Shown: one piece after another, positions 12,311 to 22,700 of the stretch
Numbering within the stretch: position 1 is the stretch's first letter
How the letters are laid out: every line of letters starts with the position of its first letter
NCBI GenBank assembly: GCA_964291625.2
Contig: OZ220089.1
Coordinates: 2,016,001-2,080,000 of the forward strand
DNA: 64,000 nucleotides
Reading direction: 5' to 3'
Source of the DNA: Candidatus Latescibacterota bacterium
GTDB lineage: Bacteria; Latescibacterota; UBA2968; UBA8231
Notes under the pieces: model-generated
What the model saw: the letters and a program-made list of their open reading frames with translations, nothing else
Told to the model about the DNA's origin: nothing
The model's database searches: none
Made by a program: the position numbers and the translations under genes

Positions 12311-13341
12311 CGCGCCGCTCCTCCGTCCAGCTCCAGGCCCAGCTCGCCGGCGTAGGCGAAGAGGGCCGGCGTCCCACCGGTGTGTACGAAGAGGATGGTC
12401 TGCCCGGGCGTCCACCAGCCGGCGCGGGCGTGGGCGATGAGGCCGGCCATGGTCTTGCCCGTGTAGCAGGGGTCGAGGACCAGTCCCTCGGTGCGCGCCG
12501 TCAGCTGCAGGGCCTCGCGGCTGCCGTCGGTGACCACGCCGTACCCCGGGCCGACAAAGTCGGAGTAGCTCTCGATGTCCCGCGCCGTGACCTCGACATC
12601 GAGATCGAGGATCCGGCAGTGCTCGGCGGCGAGGCGGGCCATGCTCCGAGCCGCCTCGCCGTCATCGCGGGGACTGGGGCTGATGCCGACGAAACGCAGG
12701 GAGAGGCCGAGGGCGCGCGCCGCCACGACCATCCCGGTGTGGGTGTGGGCCCCGGAGCAGACGTACACGGCGTCGGGCTGAAGGCCGCGCTCCTCGAGCT
12801 GGGCCCACAGCTCGAGGAAACCGTCCACGTAGGCGATGCCGCGGTAGAGCCCGCCGTCGGAGCTGGTGTTGAAGGGCCTGTGCCCCTGCGCGCGCAGCCG
12901 CGCCATGGTCGCCTCCAGGGCCGCCCCCTGCTCGGACACCGGCGGCAGGTGGACCTCGGCGCCGAAGAGGTGGGACAGGAGCAGGTTGCCCTGCGCCTGG
13001 GAGTGTGCGTCGGCGCGGCCCACCTGCACCGCCTTCATGCCGAGCCGTGCCGCCACCGCCGCCGTCTGGCGCGACTGGTTCGACTGCGCCGCGGCGGCGT
13101 GGACGAGGACGTCGCAGCCGGCCTCCACCGCCTGGGCGATGGAGTACTCGAACTCGCGGACCTTGTTGCCGCCGAAGGCCAGGCCCGTCAAGTCCTCGCG
13201 CTTCATCCAGATGCGGGGTCCACCCACCGCCGCCGACAGCCGCGGCAGCTCGTCGAGGGGGGTGGGCAAGGCCGCCAGGCGCAGGCGCGGAAGCCGGTCC
13301 AGACGTTCGCGCAACTCCTCCGGCGTGTAGGTCGTCGTCAT
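12307..13341 (-). CDS. PLP-dependent D-cysteine desulfhydrase-like enzyme (ACC deaminase family)
   Basis: KREDLTGLAFGGNKVR, QSNQ, DPCYTGK, HTGG. Confidence 0.85.
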   Translation of the reverse strand: MTTTYTPEELRERLDRLPRLRLAALPTPLDELPRLSAAVGGPRIWMKREDLTGLAFGGNKVREFEYSIAQAVEAGCDVLVHAAAAQSNQSRQTAAVAARLGMKAVQVGRADAHSQAQGNLLLSHLFGAEVHLPPVSEQGAALEATMARLRAQGHRPFNTSSDGGLYRGIAYVDGFLELWAQLEERGLQPDAVYVCSGAHTHTGMVVAARALGLSLRFVGISPSPRDDGEAARSMARLAAEHCRILDLDVEVTARDIESYSDFVGPGYGVVTDGSREALQLTARTEGLVLDPCYTGKTMAGLIAHARAGWWTPGQTILFVHTGGTPALFAYAGELGLELDGGAAR

Positions 13342-13581
13342 CTCCTCGATCCTCCCGTGGCCGGGAATCTACGGTGGCGGGTGCCGCCGAAACAATCGGA
13401 CGGATACCCTGTTGCCATGCGTAACTACATGCTTTACCTTATGGTTACGTCAAGTCAAGGCGCGCCTCCGGAGCCCGGATCGCTCCTCAGGGCACCGAGA
13501 ATCAGGCCACCCATGCCCCCCGCCGCGGCACCTCGCCGCCGTCCCTTGCCCGACCCCACCCGCCTCGGAAACAGCTGATCG

Positions 13582-15939
13582 ATGGACCTCCTCGAGCCGA
13601 TCTCGCCGGTTCTCGATCCCCACCTCCGCCGTGAACTGAACCCCGGCGAGTTGCTGCTCGCCCTGCTGGCCTCCGACCTCGATCTGGACGGCCGCTACGG
13701 GGAGAACTGGCTCGCCCTGACCGACGAACGCCTTCTCGTGGTGCACGCCAACGGCGGCTCTCCCGAGGTGCGGAGCTGGCCCCTGGAGCAGGTGCGCCGC
13801 GTCCAGACGCGCAGCCACGTGGGCAGCGGCTCTCTCATGCTGGAGATGCCCGACGGCACGCACGAGCTCGTGCGCTTCTCCCAGGGCAACTACTTCAAGT
13901 TCTCCGCCGTGCCCCAGGCCGTGGAGGCGGCCATGGCCGAGCCGGTGGAAGCCGCCGACGAGGAGCAGCCGCAGGCGGCCCCGCCGCGCCGGGTCGAGCA
14001 CTGCGAGAGCTGCGGCCGGGCCCTGCGCCCGGGCTCGAAGGTCTGTCCCCACTGCATCCGCAAGCGGGAGACCCTCTGGCGTCTGTTCTCCTACGTAAGG
14101 CCCTACAGGAAGACGGCTGCTCTCGGCCTCCTCCTGACCGCCTCCATGACCGTCGTGAGCCTGCTGCCGCCGCTGTTGAACGGATACCTCATCGACGATG
14201 TCATCACGCCGGTCCTCATCGACCGCGGGCAGTCGACGGCCGAGGGAGTTCCGGTTCCTCCTGCCGGGATGCCGCCTGCCGAGGATCCCCAGGGGCCGCC
14301 GCCCGAGATCTCCTCCACCGCCGAGCCCCGGGTTGCTCCACCCGAGAGCGTCGCGTTGCTGGCCGCGGTCGTTCTCGGCCTGCTGGGCGCTCACTTCGGT
14401 GCCATGATCCTCAACGGGGCGCGCACCTGGACCCTCGGGTGGCTGGGTCAGCGCGTCACCTACGACCTCCAGATCCAGATCTTCAACTACCTGCAGGACC
14501 TGTCCCTCTCCTTCTACTCCCGCCACAGCACGGGCCGCATCATGACCCGCGTCACCCAGGACACGGAGCGCATGCGGGGCTTCATCACCACCGGCTTCCA
14601 GGACCTGCTGGTGGCCCTGCTGACGCTCGTCGGCATCGGCGTCATCCTGCTCCTGAAGGACTGGACCCTCGCCCTGCTGGTCCTGTTGCCGACGCCGGTC
14701 ATGCTCCTGGTCACGCAGGTGTACCGGAAGCGGATCCACTGGGTCTTCCACTCGATCTGGCGCCGCGTCGCCGACTTGAACGGACAGCTGGCCGACACCA
14801 TCCCCGGGGTCAAGGTGGTGAAGGCCTTCGCCCAGGAGGAGCGCGAGATGCGCGCCTTCGGCCGGCGCAACAGCGAGCTGCTCGCCGCGCGCATGGTCTC
14901 GGTCAAGATGCAGGCCTGGTTCCAGCCCGGCATCGCCTTCATCACCGCCACGGGCGCCGTGATCCTCTGGTGGTTCGGCGGCAACCGGGTGCTCGAGGGC
15001 TCCATGTCCATAGGCGACCTGCAGATCTTCATCGGCTACATGATGAGGTTCTACGCTCCGGTGCAGCAGTTGAGCCGGCTCTCCAACGAGCTCGAGAGAG
15101 CGGCCACGTCTTCGGAGCGCGTCTTCGAGATCCTCGACACCGAACCTGAGGTGATGGACGAACCCGGCGCCCGGGATCCGGGGGTCATTGAGGGACGCGT
15201 CGAGTTCCGCGACGTCTCCTTCACCTACGACGGCGTGGGCCGCATCCTCGACCGGGTGAGCTTCGACGTCGAGCCGGGGGAGATGATCGGCCTCGTGGGC
15301 CACTCCGGCGCCGGCAAGTCGACTCTCGTCAACCTGATCTCCCGGATGTATGAAGCCACCGACGGCGAGATCCTCGTCGACGGCGAGCCCATCGTCGGTC
15401 TGCAGCAGAAGCGGCTGCGCGCCCAGATCGGCGTGGTTCTGCAGGAGCCGCTGCTGTTCCAGGGGTCGATCGCCCAGAACATCGCCTACGGCCTGCCCGA
15501 GGCCGGCCGCTCGGAGATCATCGCCGCTGCCCGGGCCGCCAACGCCCACGGTTTCATCATGCGCTTCCCCGACGGCTACGACACCGAGGTGGGCGAGCGC
15601 GGCGGCCGCCTCTCGGGCGGCGAGCGCCAGCGCATCTCCATCGCCCGGGCCCTCATCGGCAACCCCCGCATCCTGATCCTCGACGAGGCCACGAGTTCGG
15701 TCGACACCCAGACCGAGTACGAGATCCAGGAAGCTCTCGAACGGCTGATCGCCAATCGCACCACCTTCGCCATCGCCCACCGCCTGTCCACCCTCAAGAA
15801 CGCCGACCGTCTCCTCGTCCTCGACAAAGGCCGAATTGTCGAGGAGGGCTCCCACGCGGACCTGCTCGTCCGCGAGGAGGGCGTCTACCGCCGGCTCGTG
15901 GACATGCAGACCGAGCTGGCCCGAGTGAGGGCCCTGTGA
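13582..15939 (+). CDS. ABC transporter, fused TMD-NBD, with an extra N-terminal PH-like domain and Cys4 motif
   Basis: GHSGAGKS, LSGGERQR, ILILDEAT, IAHRL; N-terminal CESC...CPHC. Confidence 0.92.
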   Translation: MDLLEPISPVLDPHLRRELNPGELLLALLASDLDLDGRYGENWLALTDERLLVVHANGGSPEVRSWPLEQVRRVQTRSHVGSGSLMLEMPDGTHELVRFSQGNYFKFSAVPQAVEAAMAEPVEAADEEQPQAAPPRRVEHCESCGRALRPGSKVCPHCIRKRETLWRLFSYVRPYRKTAALGLLLTASMTVVSLLPPLLNGYLIDDVITPVLIDRGQSTAEGVPVPPAGMPPAEDPQGPPPEISSTAEPRVAPPESVALLAAVVLGLLGAHFGAMILNGARTWTLGWLGQRVTYDLQIQIFNYLQDLSLSFYSRHSTGRIMTRVTQDTERMRGFITTGFQDLLVALLTLVGIGVILLLKDWTLALLVLLPTPVMLLVTQVYRKRIHWVFHSIWRRVADLNGQLADTIPGVKVVKAFAQEEREMRAFGRRNSELLAARMVSVKMQAWFQPGIAFITATGAVILWWFGGNRVLEGSMSIGDLQIFIGYMMRFYAPVQQLSRLSNELERAATSSERVFEILDTEPEVMDEPGARDPGVIEGRVEFRDVSFTYDGVGRILDRVSFDVEPGEMIGLVGHSGAGKSTLVNLISRMYEATDGEILVDGEPIVGLQQKRLRAQIGVVLQEPLLFQGSIAQNIAYGLPEAGRSEIIAAARAANAHGFIMRFPDGYDTEVGERGGRLSGGERQRISIARALIGNPRILILDEATSSVDTQTEYEIQEALERLIANRTTFAIAHRLSTLKNADRLLVLDKGRIVEEGSHADLLVREEGVYRRLVDMQTELARVRAL

Positions 15940-16439
15940 CCTCGGACCAGCCGGTTCCCGCAGACGATCCGGTCCTCGATCCGGCGAACCTGCGCCTGCG
16001 GCGCAACGGCCGCGCCTTGCTGACGGTGGAGACGGGAGGGAAGAGCTTCGACGACGTCTCGGTGCGCCGCGCCTTTCCCCTGGAGATGGCCGACGGCTTC
16101 ATCGGCCTCTTCGAGGCCGGCGGCGAGGAGATCGGCCTCCTCGAGACCCTCGATGGCCTCGACGCGGAGAGCCGCACCGCCCTGGAGGACCAGCTCGCCC
16201 TGACCTACTTCCTGCCCGTCATCACCTCGGTGACCGGGATCGCGGAGGACTTCGGCGTCGTCCACGCCGAGTTGGAGACGTCGAGCGGACCCCGGCGTAT
16301 CGAGATCCGCAACATCCGCTCCCACATCCGCGTCCTGTCCCGCAACCGGGCCATCATCGAGGACGCTGACGGCAACCGCTACGAACTGCGCGACTTCCAT
16401 CGCCTGCCCACCGTCACGCGCGAGGTCTTCGGCCTCTGA
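15936..16439 (+). CDS. DUF1854-like protein
   Basis: [33 protein letters not shown]; GTGA overlap with the ABC gene. Confidence 0.8.
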   Translation: MTSDQPVPADDPVLDPANLRLRRNGRALLTVETGGKSFDDVSVRRAFPLEMADGFIGLFEAGGEEIGLLETLDGLDAESRTALEDQLALTYFLPVITSVTGIAEDFGVVHAELETSSGPRRIEIRNIRSHIRVLSRNRAIIEDADGNRYELRDFHRLPTVTREVFGL

Positions 16440-16965
16440 CGCCCGGACCGCCGGTCCCCAGGGCGGCTGCGTACACAGCGTAGTGACGCCCGGAGAACAG
16501 GGCGAAGAGGACGCGCTCCGGCAGGTGGTGCCCCGCCAGGTGCTCCCGCACCGCCTCGACCGCCACCGCGCACCCCTCCTCCACCGGGTACCGGTAGACT
16601 CCGCAACTGATGGCCGGAAAGGCGACGCTGGCGAGTCCGTGAGCCGCTGCCAGGGCGAGGCTGTTGCGGTAGCAGGCGGCCAGCAGCTCCGCGTCCCGGG
16701 CGGACCCGGTGTACACGGGCCCCACCGTGTGGATCACGCGCCGCGCCGGCAGCCGGTAGCCGCCGGTGATGCGGGCCTCGCCCGTCGGACAGCCTCCGAG
16801 GGTGCGGCACTCGGCGAGCAACTCCGGCCCCGCGGCCCGGTGGATGGCGCCGTCGACGCCGCCGCCGCCGAGGAGGCTCTCGTTGGCGGCGTTGACGATG
16901 GCATCCACGGCGAGGCTGGTGATGTCTCCCCGGAAGAGCTCGATCCGGTCCTTCAGGCTACGCAC
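16414..16965 (-). CDS. Macro-domain O-acetyl-ADP-ribose deacetylase (YmdB-like)
   Basis: [48 protein letters not shown]. Confidence 0.93.
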   Translation of the reverse strand: MRSLKDRIELFRGDITSLAVDAIVNAANESLLGGGGVDGAIHRAAGPELLAECRTLGGCPTGEARITGGYRLPARRVIHTVGPVYTGSARDAELLAACYRNSLALAAAHGLASVAFPAISCGVYRYPVEEGCAVAVEAVREHLAGHHLPERVLFALFSGRHYAVYAAALGTGGPGVRGRRPRA

Positions 16966-17972
16966 AGGTAGTCCTCTGCCTCTGTCAGACCCATATCGGC
17001 CAGCTGGTTCCGGATCAGGGCCCGCGCCCCCCGGGAGGCCACCGCCGCCAGCAGGATCGGCCGTCGTTGCGAGGACCAGCACGCCATCAGCTCCCCGGCG
17101 GCCAGGACCGGCACGCCGCGCAGGGTGCCGCCGATCCTGTCGGGGGCGACGTCGATGAAGCAGACCGGTTCGTGGCCCGCCCGGATCAGGTGCTTGGAGA
17201 GCCGCCGCCCCGTGCGCCCGGCGCCCCAGATCACCAGCCCGTCCCGATCCCGCAGGGGACCGCGGGCGAGGTAGTGGGCCTTGGCGCGCAGGAAGTTCTC
17301 CACCGAGTAGCGGCTGTCGGTGCGGGTCGCGCGGCCGGGGTGGTCGCGCCAGCGCAGCAGCGGCGCCGCCACCTTGGCGAAACGCCGGCCGGCGGCGTGG
17401 TATCGCAGCCACAGATCGTAGTCCTCCGCCCAGCCGCGCTCCTCGTAGGCGCCGAGGGCCAGCAACTCCTCGCGCCGCAGCAGCGCCGACGGATGGGCGA
17501 TGGGGCTCTCGATGAAGATCTCGCGGCAGATCTCCTCGTGTCGGACCAGGGAGTTCTGCCACTCCGCGTACAGGCGGAAGCCCTCCGCCACCTCTCCGTC
17601 CGTGGAGAACACCTCCACCTGCGTGCCGACGACGCTCACGTCGCCGTCGGCCTCGGCGATCTCGAGCTGCCCTTCCAGGCGTTCCGGCCGGCACAGGTCG
17701 TCGGCGTCCATGCGCGCCACGTAGCGGCCCCGGCACTCGGCCAGTCCCCGGTTGAGGGCCGCCAGGAGGCCGGCGCGGCCGATCCGCAGGACCCGCAGGC
17801 GGGGGTCGCCGCGAGACTCGAGCAGGGCCGCCGTGCCGTCCGTCGATCCGTCGTCGACGACGACGACTTCGTGGTCCCTCTCCGTCTGCTCCTCCAGGCT
17901 GTCGAGGGCCCCTGCGAGGGTGGCGCCGCTGTTGCAGGTGGGCAGGAGGAAGGAGACGAGGGGCGTCGACAT
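16953..17972 (-). CDS. Glycosyltransferase family 2 with a C-terminal Rossmann-like domain
   Basis: [26 protein letters not shown]; C-terminal IWGAGRTG. Confidence 0.9.
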   Translation of the reverse strand: MSTPLVSFLLPTCNSGATLAGALDSLEEQTERDHEVVVVDDGSTDGTAALLESRGDPRLRVLRIGRAGLLAALNRGLAECRGRYVARMDADDLCRPERLEGQLEIAEADGDVSVVGTQVEVFSTDGEVAEGFRLYAEWQNSLVRHEEICREIFIESPIAHPSALLRREELLALGAYEERGWAEDYDLWLRYHAAGRRFAKVAAPLLRWRDHPGRATRTDSRYSVENFLRAKAHYLARGPLRDRDGLVIWGAGRTGRRLSKHLIRAGHEPVCFIDVAPDRIGGTLRGVPVLAAGELMACWSSQRRPILLAAVASRGARALIRNQLADMGLTEAEDYLCVA

Positions 17973-18040
17973 GCCATGACCCTTGACAGTGGCGAATGGT
18001 AACCGTGCTTACCACGGCACGCTACCAACCGGGACCAGGG

Positions 18041-18802
18041 ATGATTCACCTCAAGTCAGCCGCCGAGATCGAGCGGATCCGCGCCAGCTGCCGCATCGCC
18101 GCCGAGGCCATGGCCCTCGTGGGCGGCGCCATCGCCCCGGGGGTCGCCACGGGGCGCCTCGACCGCATCGCCGACGACCACATCCGCCGGCGGGGCGGTG
18201 TCGCCAGCGCCAAGGGATACCGCGGCTACCCGAGCAGCATCTGTGTCTCCGTCAACGAGGAGGTCGTCCACGGGATCCCGGGGCGGCGCCGGCTGCGGGC
18301 CGGCGACATCCTCTCCGTGGACATCGCCGTGCGCAAGGACGGCTACCACGGCGACATGAACGTCTCTTTCGCCGTGGGCGAGGTCGACCCCGAGGCCTGC
18401 GATCTGATGGAGACGACCCGCCGGGGGATGGAAGCGGGCCTGGAGGCCAGCATCGCCGGCGCCCGCCTGGGCGACGTGGGGCACCGCATCCAGCGGCTCG
18501 TCGAGGGGCGGGGCTACTCGGTGGTCCGGGACTACTGCGGCCACGGCATCGGCCGCGCCTTCCACGAGGAGCCGCAACTGCTGCATTTCGGCGAGCCCGA
18601 CCAGGGCCGCCGCCTGGAGCCGGGCACGGTCCTCACGGTGGAGCCCATGGTCAACGCGGGAGCGCCGGAGGTCCGCGTCCTCGACGACCAGTGGACGGCA
18701 GTCACCGTCGACGGCTCCCTGTCGAGCCAGTTCGAGCACACCGTGGCGATCACCGACGACGGACCCGACGTGTTGTCCCGCTTCGACGACCTGGCCTTCT
18801 GA
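18041..18802 (+). CDS. map: Methionine aminopeptidase, type I
   Basis: CVSVNEEVVHGIP, GYHGD, CGHGIG.FHEEP, TVEPMVN, QFEHT. Confidence 0.96.
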   Translation: MIHLKSAAEIERIRASCRIAAEAMALVGGAIAPGVATGRLDRIADDHIRRRGGVASAKGYRGYPSSICVSVNEEVVHGIPGRRRLRAGDILSVDIAVRKDGYHGDMNVSFAVGEVDPEACDLMETTRRGMEAGLEASIAGARLGDVGHRIQRLVEGRGYSVVRDYCGHGIGRAFHEEPQLLHFGEPDQGRRLEPGTVLTVEPMVNAGAPEVRVLDDQWTAVTVDGSLSSQFEHTVAITDDGPDVLSRFDDLAF

Positions 18803-18886
18803 GCAGCCCCCTCCGTTGCGCAGGCTGCTGGGCGCCGTACTTTTATCGACTTCCCCGCCCCCGAAAACAGACAGAAGAGACGGACG

Positions 18887-19165
18887 ATGGCCAAGAGCAC
18901 CAACAGCCGCGACGACGACTCGACGGACTTCGGATTCGACCCCGGCTCGCAGCGCGAGCTCGAGGTGGAAGACACCTGCTGCGTCTCCGGCGACGAGGTC
19001 TCCTCGAGCTTCTGCCGTTTCCCCGACTACCGCCGCGGCACCATGATGGTCATGTCGAAGGGGATCGCCCTGCAGCAGCTGCGCAAGGGCACCACCCTGG
19101 AGACCTTCAGGAAGGTCCTCGTCAAGCGTCACGGCAAGAGAGAGCTCCAGGACTACAAGAGCTGA
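18887..19165 (+). CDS. Hypothetical 92-aa protein (acidic N-terminus, Cys cluster, basic C-terminus)
   Basis: GC3-rich codon usage; purine-rich sequence upstream of the ATG; fills the gap after map. Confidence 0.7.
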   Translation: MAKSTNSRDDDSTDFGFDPGSQRELEVEDTCCVSGDEVSSSFCRFPDYRRGTMMVMSKGIALQQLRKGTTLETFRKVLVKRHGKRELQDYKS

Positions 19166-19197
19166 TCCCGCCCGGCGCGTCCCGGCCTCCGGGACGG

Positions 19198-19729
19198 TCA
19201 GGCGCCGTCCAGCAGCGCCTCCACCTCGGCGGCGAGTACCTCGTAGGGGTCGAGGCCGCGGCCGGGAACCCCTTGATACAGCTTCACCAGCCGGCCTTCC
19301 CGGTCGATCACCGCCGTCGTCGGCACGTACATCAGAAACGGCGCCGAGCCGGCGTACTCCCTGGCCACCTTCTGCTCCGCATCCAGGTAGATCGGGTAGT
19401 TGATCTCGAAGCTGGAGACGAACCGCTCGATGACGGGCACGATCTGCTCTACCGGTCCGCGGTCGATGGAGATGCCGACGACAGCCACCTCCTCGAAGTC
19501 CCGCCGCAGCCGGACGAGAGCGGGGATCTCGATGCGGCAGGGCCCACACCAGGTGGCCCAGAAGTTGAGGACCACCACCCGGCCCTCGTAGTGCGTCAAG
19601 GTCGAATCCCTCCACCCCGCCCACGAAGCCGGACTCCGCCTCGGCCCCGCCCTCCGGACCGCCCCCGGTGCAGGCCCAGGCGGCCAGGACCAGGACCGCC
19701 AGCCCCATGCGGAAGACCCGGAGTCGCAC
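19198..19729 (-). pseudogene. TlpA/ResA-like thioredoxin lipoprotein split by a +1 frameshift (alternatively an intact cytoplasmic form, 19198-19599)
   Basis: VVVLNFWATWCGPC is in one frame; the signal peptide MGLAVLVLAAWAC is in another frame that joins at GAC CTT GAC G (about 19598). Confidence 0.7.
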
Positions 19730-19731
19730 TC

Positions 19732-22700
19732 TCAGGCGCGCTGCCCCGCCTGGGGCGGCATGGCCGTGATCCGCGCCCGCTCCAGCCCGGCGAGGCGGCC
19801 CATGGCCTGCAGCAGCTCGTCCGTCGGGCTCACGCGGAGGCTGCGGGAGCGGACGGCGGGCTCGCGGCCCCCCGGAGCGGCAGGGGCGCCCCTCAGGTGG
19901 ACGACGAGGTCGCACTTCCCCCGGTGCTCGCCGCACAACCGGCGCAGATCGGCCAGCAACTGGTCCGAAACCGCCTCGTACGGGAGGTCGACATTCACCG
20001 AGCGCGTCAGCCGCTCCCGGCCCTGGTCCATCGGCGCGGCACCCTCGGCCTGCACCGTCATGACCCCGTTGCGGCGGTTGAGACGGCCCTCGACCAGGAC
20101 CACCGCGTCCTGCACGACCAGGTCCCGGCATCTGTCGTAGGCGTCGGAGAAGAACACGACCTCGGCCTTGCCCGAGAGGTCCTCGAGGGTGACGAAGGCC
20201 ATCGCCTTCCCGCGGCGGTCGCTCGAAGGGCTGACGCGGCTGACAAGACCGCCGACACGCACCGTATCCCCGTCCTGACGGCCGTCGATCTCCAGCAGGG
20301 ATGTGGCGAAGTAGGCCAGATCCTTCTCGAAGCGGCTCAGAGGATGGCTGGAGACGTAGAACCCGAGCAGCTCCTTCTCGTTGGAGAGCCGCTCCGTCTC
20401 GGTCCACTCCGGAACGTCCGGCAGCGCCGGCTGGTGCTCCATCTCCAGCGCCGAGTCGCCGCCGAAGAGGCTGATCTGGCCGCGGCGGCGCTCGTCCTGC
20501 ACCGACTGGGCGTGGCGCATGGCCCGCTCCAGGGCCTCGAGCAGCTGCGCCCGGTGCCCGCCGAGGCTGTCGCAGGCGCCGGCGGCGACCAGGCTCTCCA
20601 CCACGCGCCGGTTGACGGCGCCCAGGTCGAGACGCTCGCAGAACTCGTAGAGGTCCCTCGAAGGACCGTGCTCCTCGCGTCCGGCGACGATCGACCCGGC
20701 GGCGGCGGCGCCGACGTTCTTGATCGCCGCCAGGCCGAAGCGGATCCCGGCGCCGGTGGGGACGAAGTTGACGGCGCTCTCGTTGACATCGGGCGGCAGC
20801 ACCGGGATCTCCATGCGCCGGCACTCGTCGAGGAGAACGGTGAGCCGGTCGGTGTTGTTGCGGTCCGTGGTCAGGCTCGCCGCCATGTACTCCCTGGGGT
20901 AGTGGGCCTTGAGGTAGGCGTTCCGGTAGGCCACCTCCGAGTAGCTGGCGGAGTGGGACTTGTTGAAGCCGTACCCCGAGAACACCTCGATGTCGGACCA
21001 GATCTTCTCCGCCGTCTTGCGGTCGACGCCCTTGCCAGCCGCTCCCTCGGCGAAGTCCTGTCTGTACTTCTCCATCACCTCTGGACGCTTCTGACCCATG
21101 GCTTTGCGGATGCCGTCCGCCTGGCCCAGGGTGAAGCCCGAAAGGTCGCGGCAGATGCGCTGCACCTGCTCCTGGTAGGTGATGATGCCGTACGTCTCCT
21201 TCAGGATCGGCTCGAGGATGGGGTGGTCGTACTCGATCTCCTCGGCGCCCTGGTGGCGGGCGATATAGGCGGGGATGCGCTGCATCGGACCCGGCCGGTA
21301 GAGGGCGTTCATGGCGATCACGTCCTCGATCCTGTCCGGCTTGAGCTGGCGCAGGTGGTCGCGCATGCCCGGGCTCTCGAACTGGAAGACGCCCACCGTC
21401 TCGCCGCGGCTGAAGAGCTCGAAGGTGGGGCCGTCGTTCCAGGGGACGGCCCCGAGGTCGAAGCCGGACTCCCGCTGGCGGATCAGGCGCACGGCCTCGT
21501 CCATCAGGGAGAGCTCCTTCAGCCCCAGGATGTCCATCTTCAGCAGGCCCACGTCCTTGCACGTGTCGCCGTCGAACTGGGTGGTGACGGTGCCGTCCTT
21601 CGGCGCCCGGTAGAGGGGCACGTAGTCGGTCAGGCGGGAGGGTGCGATGATCACCGCGCAGGCGTGGACCGAGGCGTGGCGCGCCAGGCCCTCGAGCTTG
21701 CGGGAGTACTCGATCAGCTGTCCCGGCTCGCCCTCGGCCTCGGCCATCTGCTTCAGCTCGGGTTCCCGCTTGATGGCCTCGTCGAGGGTGATCTTCAGCT
21801 CCCCCGGGATCAGCTTGGCGATGCGGTCCACCTCGCCGAAGGGCATGCCCAGGACCCGGCCCACGTCGCGCACCACCGCCTTGGCCCCCATGGTGCCGAA
21901 GGTGATCACCTGCGAGACGTTCTCCTCGCCGTACTTCTCGACCACGTAGCGCACGACCTTGTCCCGGCCCGTGTCGGCGAAGTCGATGTCGATGTCGGGC
22001 GGCTCGATGCGCTCGGGGTTGAGGAAGCGCTCGAAGAGCAGGTCGTGGCGGATCGGGTCGGTGTCGGTGATGCCGAGGCAGTAGGAGACCAGGCAGCCGG
22101 CCGCCGACCCGCGCCCGGGGCCGACGGTGACGCCGCTCTCGCGGGCGTGGTGCACGAAGTCCCAGACGATCAGGAAGTAGCTGGAGAAGCCCTCCTTGGT
22201 GATCACCTCCATCTCGTAGTCGAGGCGCTGCTGGACCTCGGGAACGACCTCCGGGTAGCGCCGTCCGAGACCGTCCTGGGCGAGCTGGCGCAGGTACTCG
22301 TCGGCCGACGCGAAGTCGGAGGGAATCGGAAAGACGGGCATGAGGGAGCGGTCGAAGTCCAGCTCCACCCGGCACTTCTCGGCGATGGCGAGGGTGTTCT
22401 CGACCGCCGCGGGCAGGTCCGCGAAGAGCTCCTGCATCTCCCCCGGGCTCTTCATGTAGAGATCGGAGGGGTAGCACATCCTCTCGGGATCGGACAGGTT
22501 CTTTCCCGTCTGGATGCACACCAGGGCGTCGTGGGCGGCGTGGTCGTCGGCGCGCAGGAAGTGGAAGTCGTTCGTGGCCACCAGCGGCACCCCGAGCTTG
22601 CGGTGCAGGTGCAGGAGTCCGTCGTTGACCTTGGCCTCGGCCTCGATCCCGTGCCGCTGGATCTCCAGGTAGTAGTCGTCCCCGAAGATCTCCATGTACT

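Noticed and set aside
12307-13341. ACC deaminase (acdS) assignment
   Set aside because: It has YTGK/HTGG rather than the diagnostic YEGK/HLGG.
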